Source: Acetatifactor sp.
Lineage (GTDB): Bacteria > Bacillota > Clostridia > Lachnospirales > Lachnospiraceae
NCBI GenBank assembly: GCA_045537405.1
Contig: JAZSPK010000030.1
Span: forward strand, 3,181-67,180
Length of the DNA stretch: 64,000 nt
Direction: 5' to 3'
Numbering within the stretch: the first letter of the stretch is position 1; each line of letters starts with the position of its first letter. Positions 57,962-64,000 of the stretch are shown one piece after another. The translations under genes and the position numbers were made by a program. The notes below the pieces were generated by a model. That model made no database searches. It was not told the DNA's origin and saw nothing but the letters and a program-made list of their open reading frames with translations.

Positions 57962-59926
57962 CTACGCCCCAATGGCATTACCGGTATACAACTGATAATA
58001 TTTACCCTTTTCCTCCAGAAGCTGCTCATGGGTACCGCGCTCAATAATTCTACCCTGCTCCAAAACCATGATACAGTCAGAATTCTTAACCGTTGACAGT
58101 CTGTGAGCAATAACAAAAGTGGTTCTGCCATGCATAAGGCGGTCCATACTTTCCTGGATAATACGCTCGGTTCTGGTATCGATGGAACTGGTCGCTTCGT
58201 CCAAAATCAGTACCGGCGGATCCGCAATAGCCGCACGGGCAATCGCCAAAAGCTGACGCTGTCCCTGACTCAAATTAGCTCCATCGCCCACCAACATGGT
58301 ATCATATCCCTGAGGGAGTCTTGCGATGAAAGCATCCGCATTTGCCAATTTTGCTGCTGCATAAACTTCCTCGTCCGTAGCATCCAGCTTACCGAAACGA
58401 ATATTTTCCTTTACCGTACCGGTAAACAAATGGGTCTCCTGCAAAACCATACCCAAAGAGCGTCTTAAGTCTGCCTTTTTAATTTTGTTTACATTAATAC
58501 CATCATAGCGGATCTTACCATCCTGAATATCATAGAAACGGTTAATCAAATTGGTAATGGTGGTCTTACCGGCACCCGTAGAACCTACAAAAGCAATCTT
58601 CTGTCCGGGCTTTGCATAAAGCTCAATATCGTGAAGTACCATCTTTTCATCAGTATACCCAAAATCCACCATATCAAACACAACTTCGCCTTTTAATTCT
58701 ACATAATCCACGCTACCGTCTGCCTGATGGGTATGCTTCCATGCCCAGCGTCCGGTACGTTCTTCACATTCTGTAAGTTTGCCGTTTTCTTCCTTTGCAT
58801 TTACAAGCGTTACATAGCCCTCATCCACTTCCACGGGCTCATCCATCATGTTGAACATACGCTCTGCACCGGCCAGCGCCATAACGATGGAGTTCAACTG
58901 TTGTGTTACCTGATTGATAGGCATATTAAAGCTCTTATTAAAGGTTAAGAAGCTGGCCAAGCCACCGAGGGTAAATCCACCCACGCCGTTAAGTGCCAGT
59001 GCTCCGCCCACAATCGCACAAAAAACATAACTGACATTTCCCAGCTGAGCAGTAATAGGTCCTAACACATTGGCAAAGGTATGCGCTTTGTCTGCGCTGA
59101 AAAACAATCTGTCATTTAACCCTTTAAACTGCTCCATGTTCTCATCTTCATGACAGAATACTTTAACCACCTTCTGACCTTCCATCATTTCTTCGATGAA
59201 ACCGTTTACAGTACCCAAATTAGTCTGCTGTTCCAGGAAATACTTACTACTGAGTCCTGCTGTCTTGGCCGTACAGAACATCATAACCACTACCATTACC
59301 AAGGTCAAAATAGTAAGCGGTACATTCAAGACAATCATACTGATGAATACACTGACTACAGTAACTGCACTGTTTACCATCTGAGGAATACTCTGGCTCA
59401 CCATCTGGCGCATGGTATCGATGTCGTTAGTATATACGGACATGATATCACCATGTGCATGGGTGTCAAAATATTTAATGGGTAACTTCTGCATATGTTC
59501 AAAAAGCTCGTCACGAAGATTACGCAGCACTCCCTGTGTTACGTTAATCATGATTCTGTTATAGGTATAATTGGACAAAATACCAATGGCATAAAAGATA
59601 GCCACTCTGCCGATAGCTCTTGCCAAGGGCTCAAAATTCGGGTTATCCGTCAACAAAAAGGGTGTAATATAGTCATCAATCAAGGTCTTTGTAAAAAGGG
59701 TTCCCTGAATATTTGCGAAAACACTAATCAGGATAAATATCATTACCAATACATAGTGGATGCCATAATCCTGAAATACATATTTCATTACTCGTGCAAA
59801 GAGTTTTCCGGGATTTTTAATCTTTGGTCTGGGACCTCTCATACCACGTGCACCTGGGCCTCCCGGACCACCCGGACCTCTCATGCCTGGTCCCGGCATT
59901 GGTTTCATTGCTTTTGCTTCTGCCAT
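57962..59926 (-). CDS. ABC exporter ATP-binding/permease subunit
   Basis: GSTGAGKT, LSQGQRQ, DEATS, IAHRLST. Confidence 0.93.
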   Translation of the reverse strand: MAEAKAMKPMPGPGMRGPGGPGGPGARGMRGPRPKIKNPGKLFARVMKYVFQDYGIHYVLVMIFILISVFANIQGTLFTKTLIDDYITPFLLTDNPNFEPLARAIGRVAIFYAIGILSNYTYNRIMINVTQGVLRNLRDELFEHMQKLPIKYFDTHAHGDIMSVYTNDIDTMRQMVSQSIPQMVNSAVTVVSVFISMIVLNVPLTILTLVMVVVMMFCTAKTAGLSSKYFLEQQTNLGTVNGFIEEMMEGQKVVKVFCHEDENMEQFKGLNDRLFFSADKAHTFANVLGPITAQLGNVSYVFCAIVGGALALNGVGGFTLGGLASFLTFNKSFNMPINQVTQQLNSIVMALAGAERMFNMMDEPVEVDEGYVTLVNAKEENGKLTECEERTGRWAWKHTHQADGSVDYVELKGEVVFDMVDFGYTDEKMVLHDIELYAKPGQKIAFVGSTGAGKTTITNLINRFYDIQDGKIRYDGINVNKIKKADLRRSLGMVLQETHLFTGTVKENIRFGKLDATDEEVYAAAKLANADAFIARLPQGYDTMLVGDGANLSQGQRQLLAIARAAIADPPVLILDEATSSIDTRTERIIQESMDRLMHGRTTFVIAHRLSTVKNSDCIMVLEQGRIIERGTHEQLLEEKGKYYQLYTGNAIGA

Positions 59927-59928
59927 AC

Positions 59929-61677
59929 TTAATCCGCCTCCTTTTCATCAAAGTCACCGCTACCGCCGGTCTGGGATTCATATACTTCACGATAAATTTC
60001 ATTGGTTTCCAACAGCTCCTCATGGGTTCCGAAACCATTGATTTCACCATCATCCATTACAATAATACGGTCAGCATCCTGTACACTGGATATTCTCTGT
60101 GCAATAATCATCTTAGTAATATCCGGCAATTCTTCCCGGAAAGCCTTTCTGATTTTTGCATCCGTTGCTGTATCCACTGCACTGGTACTATCATCCAAGA
60201 TCAATACCTTGGGATTCTTTAAAAGCGCTCTGGCAATACATAATCTCTGCTTCTGACCACCGGAAACATTGGTACCACCCTGCTCAATATAGGTTTCATA
60301 TTTATCCGGGAATCGTTCAATGAACTCATCTGCACATGCCAGCTTACAAGCATGCTGACACTCTTCGTCCGTAGCATCCATATTACCCCAACGCAGGTTT
60401 TCATAAATAGTACCCGAGAACAATACATTCTTCTGAAGCACCACAGATACTTGCTCTCGCAAAGCTTCCATATCATAGTCCTTTACATTACGACCACCGA
60501 CCAATACTTCACCGGAAGTCACGTCATACAAACGACTGATTAGGTTTACCAAACTGGTCTTACCGCTACCGGTACCACCAATAATACCGATGGTCTCACC
60601 AGACTCAATTTCCAAATCAATATCCTTTAATACCGGTCTTTCACTGGTTGTGTTGTAACCAAAAACTACATCCTTAAATATGATGCTTCCGTCTGCTACT
60701 TCCATAATCGGATTCTCAGGATTCTGCAAATCACTTGTTTCATTCAATACTTCACTGATACGTTCCATACTAGCCACACTCATGGACAGCATTACAAACA
60801 ACATGGACAGCATCATCAGATTCATCAAAATATTCATACAATAAGTCAAAAGACTCATTAATTCACCGGTGGTAAGTTCTGAACCAACAATCATCTTAGC
60901 ACCAAACCAACTGATTAAAATAATACAGCTGTAAACCGTCAACTGCATTAAAGGTCCGTTAAGAACAACATACTTTTCAGCTTTTACAAAAATATTGTAA
61001 ATATTACCGCTGGCCTTTTTAAACTTCTTCGTTTCTTCATCGCCACGTACAAAAGCCTTCACTACACGGATAGCCGATACATTTTCCTGTACGGAAGCAT
61101 TCAAATCATCATACTTAGGAAATGCCTGTCTGAAATATCCGGTACCTTTGCGAATAATAAAGAACAGACATACTGCCAAAAACGCTACTGCCACCAAATA
61201 GATGCTGGACAATCTTGCATTTATAGAGAACGCCATAAGTAATGCACAGAGCATACTTGCCGGTGCACGCATAGCCATACGCAATATCATCTGGTAAGCC
61301 ATCTGTAAATTATTTACATCCGTAGTCAAACGGGTTACCAATCCTGCTGTACTGTATTTATCGATATTAGAAAAAGAAAAGGTCTGAATATTATTAAACA
61401 TAGCCTCTCTTAAGTTTCTGGCAAAACCGGTGGATGCCTTGGCACCGAAACGTCCGCCCAAAATACCGCCTATCAAGCCGATGACAGCCGTCCCTATCAT
61501 CAATGCACCTATTTTGTAGATGTGGGACATATCTCCTGCATTTACGCCCTTATCGATAATAGATGCCATGAGAAAAGGAATCATGGTTTCCATCAATACT
61601 TCAAGCAGCATAAAAATCGGCGTTGCGATGGACGCCCATTTATACTCCTTTACTTGTTTTAGTAACGTCTTTAACAT
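59929..61677 (-). CDS. ABC exporter ATP-binding/permease subunit (degenerate site of a heterodimer)
   Basis: GGTGSGKT, VSGGQKQ, DDSTS, IAQR. Confidence 0.93.
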   Translation of the reverse strand: MLKTLLKQVKEYKWASIATPIFMLLEVLMETMIPFLMASIIDKGVNAGDMSHIYKIGALMIGTAVIGLIGGILGGRFGAKASTGFARNLREAMFNNIQTFSFSNIDKYSTAGLVTRLTTDVNNLQMAYQMILRMAMRAPASMLCALLMAFSINARLSSIYLVAVAFLAVCLFFIIRKGTGYFRQAFPKYDDLNASVQENVSAIRVVKAFVRGDEETKKFKKASGNIYNIFVKAEKYVVLNGPLMQLTVYSCIILISWFGAKMIVGSELTTGELMSLLTYCMNILMNLMMLSMLFVMLSMSVASMERISEVLNETSDLQNPENPIMEVADGSIIFKDVVFGYNTTSERPVLKDIDLEIESGETIGIIGGTGSGKTSLVNLISRLYDVTSGEVLVGGRNVKDYDMEALREQVSVVLQKNVLFSGTIYENLRWGNMDATDEECQHACKLACADEFIERFPDKYETYIEQGGTNVSGGQKQRLCIARALLKNPKVLILDDSTSAVDTATDAKIRKAFREELPDITKMIIAQRISSVQDADRIIVMDDGEINGFGTHEELLETNEIYREVYESQTGGSGDFDEKEAD

Positions 61678-62138
61678 ACTGTTCCTCCTTTATGTCTTAT
61701 ATCATACAAATTCCGTTCCATTCGCTGAACAATATCTAAAAATACCTGCTTTTCCTTCTCGGAAATACCGGTCATCACTTTTTGATGAATGGCATAAATA
61801 TTTTCCTCCACCAAATCATGATGTTTAAAACCTTTTTCGGTCAACATAACCCTCTTTAATCTGGCGTCATGCTCCACCGACTGCCTGCAAATCAAATCCC
61901 GCTTTTCCATCAATTGAATAATGGTGGTCACTGTGGACCTGCCGATGGAAAATTGCTTTTCTATATCTCTTTGATATACTTCTCTGTCCCGATTATCATA
62001 TAAGTATTTCAATATCCAACCATGCATCATGGTCACTTCATCGTAACCTGCCGCCTTCATCTTGGCATCCAAAATACGTTTCACACCCATATCCAGTTTA
62101 TGCACCATAAAGCCCACTTGATTATCGATTTCACTCAT
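61671..62138 (-). CDS. MarR family transcriptional regulator
   Basis: YQRDIE..FSI.RSTVT..IQLMEK; DARLKRV.LT; ATG at 62138 with GGAGG. Confidence 0.9.
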   Translation of the reverse strand: MSEIDNQVGFMVHKLDMGVKRILDAKMKAAGYDEVTMMHGWILKYLYDNRDREVYQRDIEKQFSIGRSTVTTIIQLMEKRDLICRQSVEHDARLKRVMLTEKGFKHHDLVEENIYAIHQKVMTGISEKEKQVFLDIVQRMERNLYDIRHKGGTVC

Positions 62139-62162
62139 TTGGTTTCCTCCTTTCCCACAAAA

Positions 62163-62251
62163 AACAGTTCGGGCATCTTTTGTTTGATGCCCGAACTGTT
62201 CAACATTGAACAATCTTGTTTTATTGTACCTTTACCTTCACGGAAAGTCAA
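62163..62251 (-). promoter_or_regulatory. marR-ABC promoter and 15-bp perfect inverted repeat (operator or hairpin)
   Basis: TTGACT-17-TACAAT (62223-62251); AACAGTTCGGGCATC/GATGCCCGAACTGTT (62163-62200). Confidence 0.7.
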
Positions 62252-62257
62252 GTATGT

Positions 62258-62485
62258 TTACTTCTTTTCAGCCAACTTTCCCTTCACTTTTTTCAGGTAC
62301 TCATTCTTCAGTGCATTCTCCTGCCTAAGCTTCTCGTTCTCCTGCACCAAATGCTTCATATATTCCCTACACAGAGGTACACCACAGCGTACCGCTACAT
62401 CTTCATGGTTTGCCATCTCTTCCAGCCATTGTTCCAATGACTTCTCTCTGATTTCATTGTATGTGTTATCTTTCGGCAGAAACAT
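62258..62485 (-). CDS. Small hypothetical protein with coiled coil
   Basis: 75-aa ORF with RBS. Confidence 0.65.
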   Translation of the reverse strand: MFLPKDNTYNEIREKSLEQWLEEMANHEDVAVRCGVPLCREYMKHLVQENEKLRQENALKNEYLKKVKGKLAEKK

Positions 62486-62528
62486 ATCTTACCCCACAAT
62501 CTTGTCAAAACACTTTATGTATAACAGC

Positions 62529-63287
62529 TTACACAGACGCTTCTTTATAACAAATAACGTTCTTTTCACTTCCATACTCATGCTGCTTGTCCACACCTTC
62601 AAACCAATGATAAGGCTTATCATTCTCCACCTTACCATCCAAAATTTCCTGTACACCTGCCCGTAAATCCTTCATCAAAGAAATGGGTTCTGCTCCACGT
62701 GTATGACCATGCAAAATAATATCCGCTTCACTTGTCAAATACATCACTTTATCCAGGTTCTGCGCCAAAGTTCCCAAATCCGTGCTATCCCCCAACTGCA
62801 TCCACAGATGACGGTTAATAGCATCTCCGGTAAACAAAATACGCTCTTCCTTCAAAAGTAACAAAATGCTTCCTTGAGTATGACCCGGCATCCAAATAAC
62901 CTGCAAAGTCAAACCGCCCAAATCAATTTTCTCTCCGTCCTCCAGGAACTTAAAGGAAGGCATGCTTCCACCCTTTTCTTCGCAAAACTTTATTATTTCT
63001 TCAAAACTAATATGTGCCATAGCAAGTTCCATATCTGCCGGATGAATCCACGCTTCGTCAAAATAAATATTTCCCGCAATATGATCACAATGCCCATGAG
63101 TATTAATTACCATTATGGGAAGGTCGGTGATACTTGCTGTCAATGCCTTCAAATCTTCCCCACCATTCATGGTATCAATCAAGGCCGCCTTTTTACTGCC
63201 CACCACCAAATAACCGGTAGACTCACCTGACTCATCCAACAGATACACCTTGGGTGTAATCTCTTTTACATTTACTTTTTCAAACAT
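62529..63287 (-). CDS. MBL-fold metallo-hydrolase
   Basis: THGHCDH, PGHT, TGD, HGH. Confidence 0.9.
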   Translation of the reverse strand: MFEKVNVKEITPKVYLLDESGESTGYLVVGSKKAALIDTMNGGEDLKALTASITDLPIMVINTHGHCDHIAGNIYFDEAWIHPADMELAMAHISFEEIIKFCEEKGGSMPSFKFLEDGEKIDLGGLTLQVIWMPGHTQGSILLLLKEERILFTGDAINRHLWMQLGDSTDLGTLAQNLDKVMYLTSEADIILHGHTRGAEPISLMKDLRAGVQEILDGKVENDKPYHWFEGVDKQHEYGSEKNVICYKEASV

Positions 63288-64000
63288 ACTGCATCCTCCT
63301 TCTCCAGCTTCTTCATAATTCTAAACTCAAACAGCACCATGCCCACCGCAGTTGCAGATGCTACAATATCCGAAATAGGTCCTGCATAAACTACTCCGTC
63401 GATTCCAAAGAATCTTGGCAAAATCAAAAGCAAGGGAATCAGGAACAATATCTGTCTGGTTAAGGACAAGAATACACCCTTGATGGATTTTCCAATGGAC
63501 GTAAAAAAAGTGGAAGTAATAGGCTGCAGGAAATTTAAACAAGTAAAAAACAAAAATACTCTGAAATACTTCTCACCAAACTCAAAATACTCAGGTGTGC
63601 CGTCTCCAAAGGCTGCCAGTATCTGACGGGGAAAGATTTGGAACAGCAAAAATGATATCATGGACACCATTCCACCAGCAATACAAGCCATTTTATATGC
63701 TTCCCGCACTCTTTTATAATTCCTTGCCCCATAATTAAAGCTTTCAATAGGCTGGGTTCCCTGGGCTATACCGATAACCACGGAAAAGAATACCTGGCTT
63801 ACCTTCATAACGATACCCGCGCAGGCAATAGGAATATCCTTACCATACTGCGACAGCGCCCCATAAAACTTCAGGGAATTGTTCAATACAATCTGCACCA
63901 ACATAATAGCCAACTGGTTAAAGAAGGAACCCATACCGATTGCCATAATCGGTCCCAAGTATTGCCTCTCTATCTTAAAATGCGCCTTCTGCAAAGGTGC
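63272..64000 (-). CDS. MATE family efflux transporter (partial, start beyond the window)
   Basis: GIAQGTQPI.SFNYGA, RQILFLIPL, GIDGV..AGPISD. Confidence 0.88.
   Translation of the reverse strand, partial: APLQKAHFKIERQYLGPIMAIGMGSFFNQLAIMLVQIVLNNSLKFYGALSQYGKDIPIACAGIVMKVSQVFFSVVIGIAQGTQPIESFNYGARNYKRVREAYKMACIAGGMVSMISFLLFQIFPRQILAAFGDGTPEYFEFGEKYFRVFLFFTCLNFLQPITSTFFTSIGKSIKGVFLSLTRQILFLIPLLLILPRFFGIDGVVYAGPISDIVASATAVGMVLFEFRIMKKLEKEDAVCLKK

Overview
Window from a low-GC Firmicute chromosome, most consistent with Lachnospiraceae. Nearly all genes lie on the minus strand. About 3.4-16 kb is an AT-rich defence island: NUDIX + SauUSI-like PLD-helicase-DUF3427 type IV restriction enzyme, a DUF6998-like nuclease, a putative HEPN protein, an RNase H-RnlA-RnlB operon and a broken ORF6N gene. 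The most striking locus is 16.0-19.3 kb. A sigma-A promoter drives a Tyr/His/Glu-rich leader peptide with terminator and antiterminator. A second Glu/Tyr/His leader peptide sits next to an RBS-sequestering hairpin. These are followed by an XRE HTH gene and exactly three tRNA genes: Glu(UUC, with a 53-nt T-loop insertion), His(GUG) and Tyr(GUA). This looks like a ribosome-sensed backup tRNA cassette, and it neighbours a PARG-like macrodomain gene, a metallophosphoesterase and a second XRE paralogue. The remainder is mostly housekeeping or accessory: two hybrid histidine kinases, MBOAT and cell-envelope genes, a MoxR-DUF58-transglutaminase triad, an MCP, T-box-led porCDAB, an SSS transporter, iorAB + acyl-CoA ligase, a GT8/acyltransferase operon, leader-peptide-preceded rtcB-prfH, MarR-ABC exporters and a MATE pump. 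All family calls are from motif recognition by eye; no database searches were run.
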